Source of the DNA: Cyanophora paradoxa CCMP329
Lineage: Eukaryota > Plantae > Glaucophyta
Direction: 5' to 3'
Length of the DNA: 64,000 nucleotides
Assembly: GCA_004431415.1 (NCBI GenBank)
Contig: QPMI01000395.1
Coordinates: forward strand, 310,001 to 374,000
Below the pieces are notes generated by a model. It saw nothing but the letters and a program-made list of their open reading frames with translations. It did not search any database and had not been told where the DNA came from. A program made the position numbers and the translations under genes. Below, piece by piece: positions 25,748 to 39,057 of this stretch; position 1 is the stretch's first letter; every line of letters begins with the position of its first letter.

Positions 25748-26009
25748 GGCCGAGCACACGGACTAACCCATATCCTTATATATGCTTTGTATACGTATTA
25801 ATTCGCCTTGCTTCGCGCTTTGTACTTCAGCTTGCTTCGCCTTTGCTTTGTATTTCAGCTTGCTTGCTTTACCGATCCCGACCCCGGCCCTTATATATTT
25901 ATCTGCCCATTACGTATACATTCATCGGAATCAGCTGGCCCGTACTAATGCAGCTGGCTACCCAGTATCATTGGAATGCGCGCGGGCTCGCTGAACAGGA
26001 GTCCGCGAG

Positions 26010-29000
26010 TCACGCGAAGCCGAAGCCGTGGTCGGCGCCGATGGCGGCGTCGAGGGCGGCCCGGAGCGCCTCGGGGCTCGCGTAGCGCGGCAGGACGAGC
26101 TGGTTGAAGCAGGTGTGGGCCGTCGGCAGCCGCCCCGGCCCCTCCCTGTCCTCCCGCACGAGCTGGAACGGCTCCTGCCGCCCGCTCGACGCCACGAGGT
26201 GCGCGAAGCCGCCCGGCGGCGCCCGCGGGCTCCCCGTCGCGAACGCCAGCAGCCGCGCCCGCCCCGCCGCCGGCAGCGCCTCGACGTGCTCCCAGAACCA
26301 GGCCACCTGGGGGGCGCGTCGCAGGGGAAAGCGCAACGGCCGGGCGCGGGGCGGGGCGGGCCTCCTGCGAGTCGGCGGAGAGGCCGTTGCCGTAGCGCGT
26401 GTGGCGGCGCCAGTCTGCCACGTCGACCTCCGCCCGCCCCTCGACGATCGCCCGCAGCTCGCCCGGCAGCAGCGCCGCCGCCGCCGCCGCCGGCACCACC
26501 CGCCGCAGCCCCTCCCGCAACGCCTCCAGCTGTACCCCCAGCAACGTCAGAGGACGGGAGGGGGAGGGGGAGGGGGGGGGGTACGCGCCTCCTGGCGGAC
26601 GCGCCCGACGATGTAGTACTCCACCGCGAGCTGCACGTACTCCCCCTGCGCCGGCGCGCGTGAGGCCGGGCGAAACTTAAAGCTCAGGTGAGGAAAGGGG
26701 GCGGGCCTTGTTGGCGTCGGTGACGGGCTCCGCCTCGCCGCCGGGGCGCAGGGGTACGGTGCGGTGCTCCCCAAAGAAGATTTCGTCCACCGCGAACACC
26801 ATACCCAGGTCCTCCACCCCCCGCCCCAGCACGTCCTGCCTTCAATCTCAGAGAGAAAAACAACAACAGAGAAGGATGAGGCAAAGCTTCGTTCGCACGT
26901 TCTGAAGGGCGCGGGCGATGGTCGGCTCCAAGAAGGCGAGGTCCGGCAGGCCCAGCGGCCGCCCCAGCAGGTACCCGTACAGGCACTCCGGGAACTAGGG
27001 GGGGGGGGGGGGGGGTGAGGTGGGTGGTGAGGTGGGTGCGGGAAAGGGCGGGCGGGGGTACGGACGTAGACGGGGAACACAGCGCCCGTGGCGAAGGCGG
27101 AGCCCATCGCCCACCCGCACAGGCGGAACATGCTGCGGGGGGGCTCAGCGGAGGGGCCGGCCCCCAGAACGAGGAGGAAGGGGGTACGTGCCTGAGGTGG
27201 CTGGGGTGCACGCGGGCGTCGCTGGGAGGGCCGGGCGGGGCCGTCCGTCAGCTCAGAGGCACAGACGACCTGTACCCCGGCGGGCAGAGTGGGAGGGGGG
27301 GGTGAACCTGGAGGGGTAGTAGACGCCGGCGGCGTCGTCGTGGCGTCGGAAGAGGGCGGCCTGCGGGTCGAGCAGCTCGCGCGCCAGGCAGTCGAAGTAC
27401 TCGCGCAGCACCCCGGGGCCGTGCGCCGCCTCCCCGCGGAACGTCACCTGCGCCGGCGCGCGCGCGCCGCGTCAGCCGAGCGCGGGGGGGCGGGGGCGGG
27501 GCGGGCGCGGGGGCGGGCGCGGGGTGGGGGGGGGGAGGGGGGGGGGCCGAACCGTCATGCTCGCGACGGCGTGGCGGAACTCGCGGGCGGCGGGGGTACC
27601 GGAGTCCTCGCCCTGCGCCCCGGAGGGGAGGAGCAGATCCGCGCCCAGGCTCGCGATGCTGTGCGGCCGGCGGCCCGCTGGTCAGAAATGCCACGCGGTA
27701 GGAGCGCTAGGGAGGCGCGCGCAGGAGCTGGACTCGCCTGGAGTCGATGAGCGAGCCTCGGGAGACCGCGAGCTCCAAGGGCTCGTCGTCGTCGTAACCG
27801 TACCCCTCCTCCTCGAGAAGCGCGCGCTCGGCGGGCGACGGCCCCGCGACGAACTCGGCCACCACAACCTGAGAATGAAGGGCGGTGAGGCGCGAGCGGG
27901 CGGAAGGGGAGTGTCGGAGTTCGTGCGGCGGGCAGACCTGCCGCCGGAGGTGGGGCCGCACGGCGCCGGGCACCCGCCCGACCGCCGCCGCGAGGGACGA
28001 ACCACGGAATGTGTGCCCCGAGATGAGCGCCTGCACGCAGTCCGAGAGCAGCCCGCTGCGCGAGCGCGCCCGTGCGTGAGGCAACGCGAGAAGGGTGCCG
28101 AGGGCCGCGGACCGGAAGGGCCGCAGCGAGTTCGAGAAGCCGTCGAGGACACCGGCCGCCCCCGCCAGGGCCGCCCCCGCCGCCATCGACCGCCACACGA
28201 ACTCGGCCGGCTGCGATCGATCCCGACCGTGAGGGCGGGCGGCGGGACGGGCGGGCGGGCGGGCGGGGGCGCGCCTCGGCAAAGATGACGGCCGGGCAGC
28301 CGAGAAGGAGGGCGCTCCGGAGGGCGGGCGCCAGGGCGCGCAGGGCCGCCGCCACATCCGCGCTGCGCGGAGCCAAAGGGTGAGTCAAGCGCGAAGCGAA
28401 GCGTAGCGCAGCAGGCGGCGTGGGGGAGGCGGGCGGACGCGAGGCGGAGGGCGAGGTCGGCCGCGACGGCCCGCCGCCCGGCGTTTGCCGCGTCGGAGTC
28501 GGCGGCGTGGAAGCACAAGGACCCCGCGGCCCGCTCCAGCGCCTTCAGGCACCGAGTCGCGGCCGGCTGCACCTCCAGCGGCCGCCGCTCCTCGTCCTCC
28601 GCCTCCGCCGCGTCGTCGCCGCCACGCTCCACCCGCTCCTCGGCGGAGGCCGCAGCGGCCGAGGCGCCGGCGAGGCGCTCGAGCTCGGACGAGACGGCGG
28701 CGATGGCGGCGGCGGCCGCGGCAAAGATGGCGGACGCGAGGGCGGCGCGGGTCGGAGGGTGCGCGACGAGGGCGTCGAGGAGGGCGGCGGCGTTCGCCGC
28801 GTGGAACTCGGAGCGCAGCCCGCCGGCGACCGCGTCGAGGAAGCTGAGGACCGCGGGCGGGAGCAGCGGGGCCGACCGCCGCGCCGCCTCCTCAGAAGCG
28901 GCGTAGGCGCGCACCCCGGGCCGGCCCGGGACGAGGAGGACGAGCAGCAGCGTCGCGAGCGGCGCGCTGGCATCGAGGGCCCCCGCGGGGAGGGCCGCAG

Positions 29001-31009
29001 CGGCTGTGCCCGTGGCCCCAGCGACACGCGTGGCGGCGGAGAGGAGCGCCTCGGCGACGGACGGCGCCTCGTAGCAGTGCCGGAGCGCCGGGTCGAGCAG
29101 CGCTGTCTTGAGGCGCCTCCGCGTCGCCGCCGCGTTGGCGTCGGCGCCCTGGTTCTCTTCGAAGACGATGAGGAGGGAGAGGACGGCAGCCGGGCCCAGG
29201 CGCTCGAGCAACGGCATCGCGCTCGCGCGCTCCTGCAGGGGGCTTGGATCGGGGGGCCGGCCGGCGAGCGGGCGGGTGAGCGGGCGGAGGCGGACCTCGG
29301 CAACGGCAGAGGTGGCGAAGGACGCGAGGGTGTAAGCGTGAAGGGCCTCGCTCGGGCCTTGCCGCATGAGCCGCCCGAGGAAGCACCGCCACGCCGCGTG
29401 CGTCTGGCACAGGCCCGAGAGCCGCTGCGCCTCCTCCAGCGCCTGCTGGCCCGCCAGGTCCCGCCAGGCGCCTGCGCGCCCTTCTCGGCTCGCGGCGGCG
29501 CCGGCGCGCGAGCAGAGCGCACCGGCGGCGCGGAGGACGTCGAGCGCGAAGCGGTTGGCGGAGGTGCGGCTGCCCTCCGCGTCCTCGTCCACCGTCTCCG
29601 CCAGCGCCGCGAGGGCAGCCTCAAGCCTGCGCGCCGGTCACCCGAGCTGTCTGGCGCGCTGCGGGGTCGAGGCGCCGGTGCGCCGCGCACCGCGCGACGA
29701 GATTCAGCGGGTCGCTGTCGCCGTCCTTTAGCTGGTCGGCGAAGAGGGCGGGGGCGGTGATGCCGGGCGCGGCGTCGCGGGCGCCCCACTTGGCGCCGTA
29801 GAGCGCGAGGGCCAGAGCCGCGAAGTCGTCCCCCCGGGCGCAGGCGAGCAGGAGGCTGTTCTCCATCTGCGCGGCGCACGCGTGAGGCGGGCGCGGGCCG
29901 GCGAACGCGGCGGCGCGGGCGCGGGCCGCACCACCGTGTTACCGTACTGGACGCGCGGGGCCGGGCGGATGCCGCCGTCGCCGTCAGACGCCCGTGCGAG
30001 CTCGAGGGCGGGGCGGGGCGGGGCGGGTCGGGGCGGCGCACGGGACTGTTGAGGCACTCGGCGCGGGCGGTGCGCAGGGCCTGCAGGAATTCGTTCTTGC
30101 GCACCGTGCTCCTGGGAAGCTTCTCCGTCTCCGCCAGGTACTCCCGCAGCTCGGGCGCAATTGCCTCCAGCGGCGACCCTGTCCGCGCCAGGCTGGCCGG
30201 CCCGGCCCGTCAGCGGCGGCGGCGGCGGCGGCGGCGGCGGGTGGCGGGCCGCGCACAAGTGGCGGAGGATGCGCGGGTGGCCCTCGCTGATGCCAACGTC
30301 CTCGAGGCGGGCGCGCGCGTCGTCCATGGAGAGCGTGTGCGAGCCGCCCCAGAGCCGCTGCAGGGGCGCCGACGAGGGCGGGAGCCCCTCGGCGACCAGC
30401 AGCGCGTCGAACAGGTCCGCCACAGTCGCGCCCGCGGCCAGGCGCATGACTCTGCCGCAGGGTGAGGCGCGGAGAGAGCGGCGCGCGGGAGTCTGTGCCG
30501 ACCGCGTATTCTTGGAGCCGGAAGTGACGTGCGACTCCACCATGAGCTGCAGCGTCCGCACCGGCGGCAGCAGCGAGGCGGCTTCAAGCTCCGGATCCGC
30601 ATGCGATGCGGGTGCTGCAGGTTCGTTGGTCGTGCTGCACTAGTACTCAGACCGACGTCGTTTCGTGCGTGGCGGCGCAGTGGTCGCTGCGGACAAACGC
30701 ACTCGGCAGGTGCGTTGGGCTCGACGATCTGTGCGGAGGACGGTGCGGAGGGCGCAGATCCGAAGATCCAGCCGAGGCTAAAGATCCGACGGAAGGGAGC
30801 GCCAGTGCTCCCCGCCGTCCCTGCGCCGCGGGCATCGTGATCAGAGAGAGGATATGGAGCGCGTAGATCTGCGCAGCACTTGGCGCGGCTTGGGAGCCGA
30901 TCCCGCCATCGGCGCGCCCGTGCGCGTTCGCCTGGTGCTCACCGCCATTTGCGGGCGCTGGAGCCGCCGCGGCCAGGCGCGGGCGCTTGCTCGGTGCTTC
31001 GCCCTCCAT
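26010..31009 (-). CDS. HECT E3 ubiquitin ligase with N-terminal ubiquitin-like domain (UPL5-like), paralog A, multi-exon
   Basis: Starts MEGEAPSKRPRL. UBL-like segment ATVADLFDALL..QRLWGG..LEDVGI. HECT motifs FRGEAAHGPGVLREYF, WFWEHV, RLLAFATG and RLPTAHTCFNQLVLPRY; ends HGFGFA*. Confidence 0.9.
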
Positions 31010-31442
31010 CGTTCGATGTCCTGGGATCGAACTACTTGAAATATGCGCGCGAAGCAGCTTATAGGCGCATGTACCCGGCCCGGTAACGCAGATCAAATTG
31101 AAATTCGAACCAAATTTGATTTCGTATTTCAATTTCAATTCGATCGCGATCAAATTTGATCATGGACGTGCACATGATCATGAGATGGCGCGCGCTGACA
31201 GCTGCCGGAAGCCGGCAGCTGCAGGCGTTCGCGACCGCGCCGCGGCGCGCGCCGGCCCTGGATCCGGATCTACAAAAGCTATAGCTAGGCTAGGCCAGGT
31301 ACGGACCGTCGGACTGCTGGAGAAGCCATCCCCTCCCCTCCCTCCCTCCCTATAGGCTAAGGGCCCCAGTCCTGCCAGCTGCAGCTGCAGCAGCAGCTGG
31401 CTTCGGATTGACGGGATCGAATCGGACCGGGTTCGAATCCGA

Positions 31443-33213
31443 TCAGAAGTCGTCGTACGACACGACGCTCCTGCCACGGGCGTCCGTCGCCGGCCCGGCG
31501 CCCGAGGGCGGCTGGGCGGGCGGCGGCGGCTGCGCTGGCTGCGCCGGCGGCGGCTGAGTTGCCGTGGGCGCTGCCGGGAAGACGCATGAGAATACCAGAA
31601 AAGCGGGGAAATCAGAAGGGCACACCGGGGGCGGCTGGCCGCGCGAGGGCCGCCGGAATGTACTGGGCGTAGTCCCCCGGGCCGGGCGCCGGGGCGGGAG
31701 CGGGGGCCGCGCCCCCCCGCGCCCCATCGAAGGGCCCGAAGGGACTCTCCGCCGCCTCCTGAGAGCAAGGGCTCAGGGGGCGGTGCGGGGAGAGGGGTGC
31801 GGGAGCGGGAGAGGGGTACGGGAACGCACCGGCGCGTGTGGGGCGAGCGGGGCGCGGGGCGGCACCGGCGCCGGCGCCTCCGGCGGCGGGGCCGGCGCAG
31901 GCGCCCCGAAATCGTCGAGGCTGCCGCCATACCGAGCCTGCCGGGAGAGAGAAGCGTCTCGGTCTTGGGGGTATGTGCGCGCACGGCGCGCGGGCGGGCG
32001 GCAGGGGGGTACCCGTTCCCTGTGGAATTCGTCGACTCCGACCATGCGGGGCCGGCGCTGGGGGCCGGAGTCCCCCCCCCTCCAGGTCCCCCCCCGCCCG
32101 TCGCGGTCGCCCCGCCAGGGCCCGCCCCGCCCCCGCCCGCGGCCGTACCCCCGCCTCCCGTCCCCCCCGTCCGACCCCGAGCCGCTCCCGTCCTCGCCGA
32201 TCGGCTCCGGGGCCGGGGCCGGCGCCGGCGCCGGGGGCGGGGGCGCGTCTGGCCCGGCCACCTCCACCTTCAGCCGGGCCGAGGCAAGCGGGAACCCGTT
32301 CAGAGCCTTCGCCGCCTCCGCCGCCGACTCCTCTGTAGGCATTACGACCACCGCCGTCCTGCGGGCGCGTCGGGCGGGTGCGGGGGCCGAAGGGGGGTAC
32401 GGAGGCGCACGCGAGGGGGGCGGGGCCCTGAGGGGGTACGATGGCGACGCGCAGCGGCTGCGCGTTGCCGACGCGGGCGAAAACGCTCGCGAGGTCCGTC
32501 TCGCGCAGCGTCGGGTCTACGCCGGCGACCGTGAGCCGGATACCCGTCGGCTGCGCCGGGGCCGCGGCGGCCGCCTGCGCCCGGGCCGGGCCCGGAGCGC
32601 CGAGCGGGGTACGGTTGCTCCCGCTGGCCTCCAGGGGCCCCTCGTCGCCCCCGTCGGGTTCGCCCCACGAGTCCCGCCGGGTTCGTCCCCGCGCCCCGAA
32701 ATCGCCGGCGCCCCAATCGTCCCCGCCCCCTCCGCCGGCCGATGCCTAAAGGGACAAGAAGGAGGAGTGAGCCACAGCGCGCGCCCCCGCCGAGAGAGCG
32801 CGGCGCGGCGAGAATGCACCGCCGCAGAGGATGCCTTCACTGTCGGCCGCTTGGCCGGCTTCGCCTCCTCCTCCTTCTCCTGCGACACGGATGCAAAGGC
32901 GCGGCGGGCCGCCGCCGTGCCGCTCTGCGCGAATGCGAATCGGAATCCGGCGGCGCGCCTCGGCATCGGGCGCGTCTCACGCACAGACTGCTGAAGGATG
33001 CGCCGCGCGGCCTCGATCGGGTCCTCTGTGCGCTGCTTGGAAGTGCCCTCCTCCTTCTCCTGCAGCTGGCGTCGCGGGCGCTCGCAACGCGGCGTATGCA
33101 GGGCGCACCCAGAGCTCGTGCAGGGCGGCCAGCTTCTTCTCCAGCTGCAGCTCGGCCTTCGTGAGCTCGTCGCCCGTCCGCCCAGCGCGCAGCCTCGAAG
33201 CGCGTTTGCTCAT
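31443..33213 (-). CDS. RRM protein with NELF-E-like N- and C-terminal motifs
   Basis: N-terminus LTKAELQLEKKLAAL..DPIEAARRILQQ. RRM: IRLTVAGVDPTLRETDLASVFARVG..AVVVMPTEESAAEAAKALNGFPLASARLKVEVA. RGG-rich tract follows; C-terminus GRSVVSYDDF*. Confidence 0.75.
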
Positions 33214-33444
33214 CGCGCCGGCCCGCTTGCTCGCCGTTCGGGGTTCGCGGGTCGAGCGGCGGCTATAGTCCGAACAGGAAGCTTCGAAAAAGCACGGAGA
33301 TGCGGTTTCAGCGCTCCAGGCTCGGCTTTTGGGCGGGTGTTCTGCGCGCGCGTACCCCCCGCGAGCTCATTCCCCTGTTCGCGCTGCTCGCTGCTTCAGC
33401 GGCACGTAGGCCGGCTCCAGCCGCGCCCTTTCCTTAGCCCCTAG

Positions 33445-34400
33445 GATGTCGGCGTTCTCTTTCGCCCCGACGGCCTGCCCGTCCCGCCAGGCCATCTCTG
33501 TGCGGCCTGTGGCCATCTCCACCCGCCCCCAGTTCGCGGGCGAGTCCATCCCCTCGCGGCGCCAGATTGTCCGCCGGGAGTTCACTTTCAGCCCCGTTGC
33601 GTCGGCCGAGCCGGAGACCAGCACGCGGGAGTTCACCCTCGCCAATGCGTTCTCCAGCGTCTCCCGGGCGTTCCAGTCGCTCAGCAAGCAGGAGCGCCGT
33701 GAGGTTGTGGAGACTGTGAAGGAGATTGAGCAGGTGCGGACTCGCAACAACCGCCCGCATATGATAGATATCCCGAGCCCGCGTGCAGTCGGACTCCGCT
33801 GATTCCCCGCGCCGCCCGCCGACCCGCAGGCTGAGGAGTCTGATGCTCATTCCGATGCCGCCCACACTGCCCAGCACCGCCTCCTCGCCCTGCTCGGCCT
33901 TGCTTTCGACTATGCGATGCTTCCGGAGTCGCCGGCCGGCGCCGACGAGATGATGCCGTTCCTGGAGCCGCTTCACGGCGCTGGCAGCGCTCTCATTGCC
34001 GCGAACCTCGTGACGACTACTTTCAACAACTTCCTGCAGATCTACCTCTTCCTCCTCACCATCCGCGTCGTGCTCACCTGGCTCCCGAACCTCGAGGAGA
34101 CCCAGCCCGTGGCTATCCTGCGCTCGATCACGGATCCCTACCTGAACCTGTTCCGCAACCTGATCCCGCCCATCGGCGGCATTGACATCTCCCCCATCCT
34201 TGCCTTCCTCCTCCTCCAGTTCCTCCAGGTGGGCCCCTCTTCTCGCTCTCCTTGTCGAAGGGGCACGCAAGAGCTAGGAAAGGGCTCGGTCAACGCTCGA
34301 TCGATCGCCCTAGATTGAATTCCTTTTCTGCATTCATCGCTGGAATCACCAGGCCGCTAACCACATTGCCGGCAGACCCTCTTCCCCCAATGATTTGAGT
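33445..34400 (+). CDS. ylmG: Plastid-targeted YGGT-family protein (YlmG/Ycf19-like); 3' end approximate
   Basis: Transit peptide MSAFSFAP... YGGT domain FLQIYLFLLTIRVVLTWLPN..ITDPYLNLFRNLIPPIGGIDISPILAFLLLQ (about 34020-34228). Last exon uncertain. Confidence 0.85.
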
Positions 34401-35236
34401 GTTCAAACAAGCAGTGAGCTTTTCTCGTTCTTCCTCTTTGCTGGGTGAGGCGGCGGCCGTTGACCGCCTCCTCGACAGGGAGGGCCGCGCTCGGAGGACA
34501 AACGACCTTCGAATGCGATACGTAGCCAATACACCTGCTTTCACTCAATACTTTCTGATGATGTGATCCCTGTGCCATCAATGCCTGCGTTTGACATTCG
34601 CGTGCTCTCGCCATGGGTTCGCGAGGGATGCCGCAGTGGGCTTCGCTCGGGCGCGGTGGCGGCGTGGCATCTTGCATGCGCGGGTTGGCGTCGATCGGTG
34701 TGCCGATATGGCCGCTGTGCAGCTGCCCGGGCGCGTGCGTTGCGCACGTGGGCCACTCGATCGGGTGCCGGCCCCCCTTGCAACTGATTCCTGGGCACCC
34801 TAGCTATAGCTATACAGGGGCGAGCCTGCCGTGGGGAGAGGGCCAAGTTTGACAACTACTTACACGTAAACCTTCGAAATCGAGCTATCTATAGATCTAC
34901 TTAAGCTTATGCAGTGCTGGGTCGACGTCCGGCCGCGGCGCCGGCCATGCGCATGCGCATGCCCGTATAACCCGTATAACCCGCGCGGAACACTGCTTCC
35001 AGAGTAATGTTAACACTGCTTCCTGTACACCTACGTCATGAATCTACCGTATTATCTAAACTACCCAGTGCTACACATGATCCAAGCGCGAAGCATTAAA
35101 CTCGCTTGCTTCCTGCCAAACAGGGGAGGTGGCTTGCGGCGGGCCGGACAGGAGCCAGATTGAAGCGCGCGGTCTGCATGCGCGTGAGTAAGCGAGGGGG
35201 CAGCGGGAAGCGTGGGGGAGCGAAGCGCGTACGCCC

Positions 35237-36072
35237 TCATGCGGTCTTCTCGCGCTTGCGGAGCTCGAGCATGACGGGGGCGCCCGCGAGGAGGCCCTTG
35301 GTGATGTACCACAGGACCTCCTGAGGGCCCGAGGCGCGGACGGCGCGCGCGGCGGCCACGGCAAAAAGGGCGTTGGCCGCGGCCCAGGCCGTCGAGACGT
35401 GCTGGGCGGTCATCTGCTGCTCGGCCGTCAGGGGCCAGTCACCGCTGAAGCCGGCGTCAAGGCAGCCGAGCTGCGCGAAGCTCGGGAATGTGAGCCAGAG
35501 CATGCAGGGGGCACAGGCGCGCCGCGTACGAAGAGGATGGCGGCAATGATCTGCAGGACGACCCGGAAACGTGTCAGCGAATTCGAGCGGCAGCGAAGCC
35601 GAAGCTGGCGGGGGGCACCTGGCCGATCCGATCACCGGTCGAGCACTGCATTGGCGCGGGGCACCGATAAGAAGCTGCACGGTGGCGGGGCACGGGGGCG
35701 AACCTTGTACTTCGACGGATCGACGCGGGGCGTGTGCGGCTTGTGGTGAGGGTTGTGATCGGTGGAGGCGACGATCTGCGCACCGCGGTCAGGCCCGTCG
35801 TTACAGACGCTGGCCATTGGGGGCTGCTGATTGATTACCGTGGACGGGGCGAGTGCCGCCTGTTGCGGGCGCGGCGTGTGGACAAGGAACCGATGGCCGG
35901 CGAAGCTCGACGAGAAGACGGCCTCCCGACGTGCCGCGCCGGCGGGCAACTTCTGGCCGGCGACCCGGCGCGGCTGTGTTGCGCTGGTCCGCACGGACGT
36001 AGCAGTGACGTCGAATGTACGTGCTGTCCGGCTGGCCGGCGGCGGCAGGGGGGCGACGAAGGCGGCTTGCAT
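35237..36072 (-). CDS. Plastid-targeted small membrane protein with a DAG(F/Y)SGDW motif
   Basis: Transit peptide MQAAFVAP... Last exon LGCLDAGFSGDW..AWAAANALFAVAAA..VLWYITKGLLAG..REKTA*. The motif is recalled from uncharacterised plant/algal plastid proteins and was not verified. Confidence 0.65.
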
Positions 36073-36150
36073 TTTTTCTTGTTTACCTGGGGTACAATCA
36101 TTCGGAGGGCAAACGGCAAGGTCCGAACGAGCGAGCGCAGAAGCAGAGCA

Positions 36151-38061
36151 ATGTCGGACGACGTCGATCCTAGTGCGTGGGGCCTCGCCTATCCCATGCC
36201 GACGCGCTGGTGCTCGATCTGACCGGCCCCAGACACCGACGACGAGATCCGGACACTCCGGGAGACGCTGGCGAGTTTAAAGCAAGGCGTGGAGGTCAGG
36301 GAGAGGCGTGGTGAGTGCTCGTGTGCTGTAGCTTGCCAAGCCGGCCTGCCGCCGTGCTCGAGCTTAGCTGTGCCCGCCGCCGCCGTGCGCGTGCAGGCCG
36401 CGGCGCGGCGGCGAGGCCCGTGCTGGACGAGGAGAAGGAGAACTTCAAGCAGGAGTACAGTCAGCGCCGTCCTCCCAGCGATCCGCGACCGGGCTGCGCT
36501 CACACGACGATCGGGCGCAGACGGGCGGCGCGAGCAGGCCGGCGTGGCCGATGCGGCGCGGGAGCCCGCGGGCCGCTCCAAGGGGCAGAGCCTCGAGGAG
36601 GAGAACGCAGAGCTGCGGGCGATCAACGCCGATCTGCGGGAGCGCCTGCGGAGCTCCGAGGAGAGCAACGAGGCGCGCACGCTCGGCTCGAGCGAAGGTC
36701 ACATGGCTAAGCTTAGCTCGGGCTCCAGGTTCTCTACGCGCGGCTCCAAGAGGCGCTGGATTTGCTGCGGAGGGCGGCGGAGGGCGAAGGGGGGGAGGGG
36801 GGCGCCGGGCGGGGCCGCCGGCGCTTCGGGTGGCTCGAGGCGGCGGGCGCGGAGGACGGCGACGAAGACGGGGACGACGGAGAGGAGGGGTTTCAAGAGG
36901 AAACCCTGGAAGAGCTCCACCGCCAGGTGAAAAATGACTTTTGATCTAATTTACAGAAGAAGTTAACGTTCTTGACTGTTTCGGCACGGACGGGCAGGTC
37001 CAGGAGCTCAGGATCTCGAACGCGGACCTGAAGGCCAGGCTGCGGGAGCGTAGCGGGAGCCCCTCCCAGCGCCGCCGCAGCGTGGGGTTCGCGGAGGGCG
37101 GGGGGGTACAGGCGCAGGCGCACGGGGGCCATCGGGACTCCCCGGCCCGCGGCGAGGCCCCCCGGCGCGGGCGCAGCCGCGGGCGCAGCAGCCGGAGCCC
37201 CAGCGCGAGTCACAGCCGCAGCCGCAGCCGCAGCCGCAGCCCGTCCGCCGGCGTGGAGGACGCGCGGCGGTACCCCTGGACCGCCGACCCCTCCAAGGGC
37301 GCCCTTCGCTCCTTCGACGCCCCGTTCCGGTACCCCCGCGTTCCTTCCCTTCCCCCGCAACCCCGTGCCCCGGCGCCGATTCCGGTGCGCAGGAGCCGAT
37401 CCACGTCCCCCGTCCGCTCGTCCCGCGCCTCGACGTCCGCCCGCGCCGGCGCCGGCCAGGCGGCGGCGCCGGCGGGCCGGAGCAGTAGCCGGCCCCGGGC
37501 GCAGTGGTGCGCGGTGGCGCCCCCGCGGGCCACCTTCGAGGAGTACCAGAAGGACCTGCACCGGAGGGCGGCGAACGTTCCCTCGCTGCGGGAGCGCATC
37601 CGGAGGATGGGCCTCCTCGCCCGCGAGACCCCCAGCGTCGCCATCGAGGCGCGTACCCCCCTTCCCGTTTTTTCGCGTTGCCGACGGTACCCCCCGCAGC
37701 GGGCCATCGAGGACCACGTGCGAGCCATCAAGAAGAACTTTGCGGACCGTGCGCCCGTATCCCCCTCGCCCCGCTCCCCCCGAAGCCGGCCTGACCGCCC
37801 TCCGCGCGCAGTGGGGATCACTATCCCAGTCCGGCGCATTCGGGGCACGACGTACCTCGTTGCCGGCCGCAAGGTCCGTCCCAGAACTCTAGATTTGCGT
37901 CTGAGTTCAACGGTTTTCCCTCTTAGGTCCAGCTCTTCTACCGGGAGAACCAGCTCCTGGTGCAGACGGGCGGCGGCGCCTCCTCCTTCTGGACCTTCCT
38001 GCACGACATGCAGGCGAAGCAGGCGGCGGCCGCCGCCGCCGCCAGCCCCGAGCACGACTAG
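36151..38061 (+). CDS. Coiled-coil and RS-rich protein with a C-terminal GAS2/GAR-like domain
   Basis: Heptad segments ([36 protein letters not shown]) and an SRSRSRS tract. C-terminus [42 protein letters not shown]. Confidence 0.6.
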
Positions 38062-38166
38062 GCCGCGGGCCCGTGTCTGTCCTGTTGTATAAACTGAACT
38101 AGCTTACGCACTACGCTCCTAGCTACGCGAGGCAACTGGTCATGAGACGTCGACCTGCACCTGCGG

Positions 38167-39057
38167 CTACGCGAGCAAATCGTAGTCGTCGAGCTTGTCG
38201 TTGTACTTGAGGACCTTCCTCTTGATCTTGGACGAGTCGACCCACGTGATGTAGTCCTCGAAGTTCCTGAACGCGACATTTGATCTATGTGGTCGCGGCG
38301 GGGGCGGGCGAGCGCGGGGCGGAGCGGAGCGGACCTCGTGACGAGGAAAGCGGGATCGGTGACGACCTCCGGGCCCACGCGGATGTCTGCCGCGCGGGCA
38401 AACGCGTCGGGGATGGCGGCGCGAACGCCTGGGGCCGGGCGAGGGCGCGAGAGGCGCGGGCGCGCACGTCCTTGCTCGATGAACGTGATCGCCTCCCGCA
38501 GAGTTTCGCAGAACTTCATGCGAACCAGCACCACCGGCAGCCGCCGCCTGCACACGCTTGAGACACGTACGCGCGAATTCGCGGGGCGCGCCGGGCACAC
38601 CTGCAGAAGGCGGACGCCGCGAGCTTGTCGCAGAGCGAGAGTCCTTTCTTCGTAGCGATGACTCCCATCGAGTAGCTAACGAGACGAGGGCGGTTGGCGG
38701 CGGGGGCGCGATCAGCGGCCTGGCAGGCGCTGCAGCGGCGCGGCGGCGCGGCGCACAGCTTCTCTAGCAACCGCTCCGTCATGTCGATGCGGTAGGCGTC
38801 GGTCGGATCCATCTTGCGCAGCTCCGCGACGAGGTGGGTGATCATTCCGACTATCTTGTTGTACCTGCGCCGCGCTCGGCAAGGCGCGGCGGGCGCGGCG
38901 GGGCGCGGCGAGGCGTTGTGCACTTGATGTAGTCCTCTCGGTTCTGGATGTGGTACTTGCGCAGGATCTTGATCTCCCGAACGCCCTCCTCGTGTTTGTA
39001 CTGCAGGAAGTCAACCTTCTTGAGGAGCTTCTTCTCGTGGAACTTGAGCTGCCTCAT
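38167..39057 (-). CDS. IMP3: U3 snoRNP protein Imp3 (S4 domain), 6 exons
   Basis: [91 protein letters not shown]. Confidence 0.96.
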
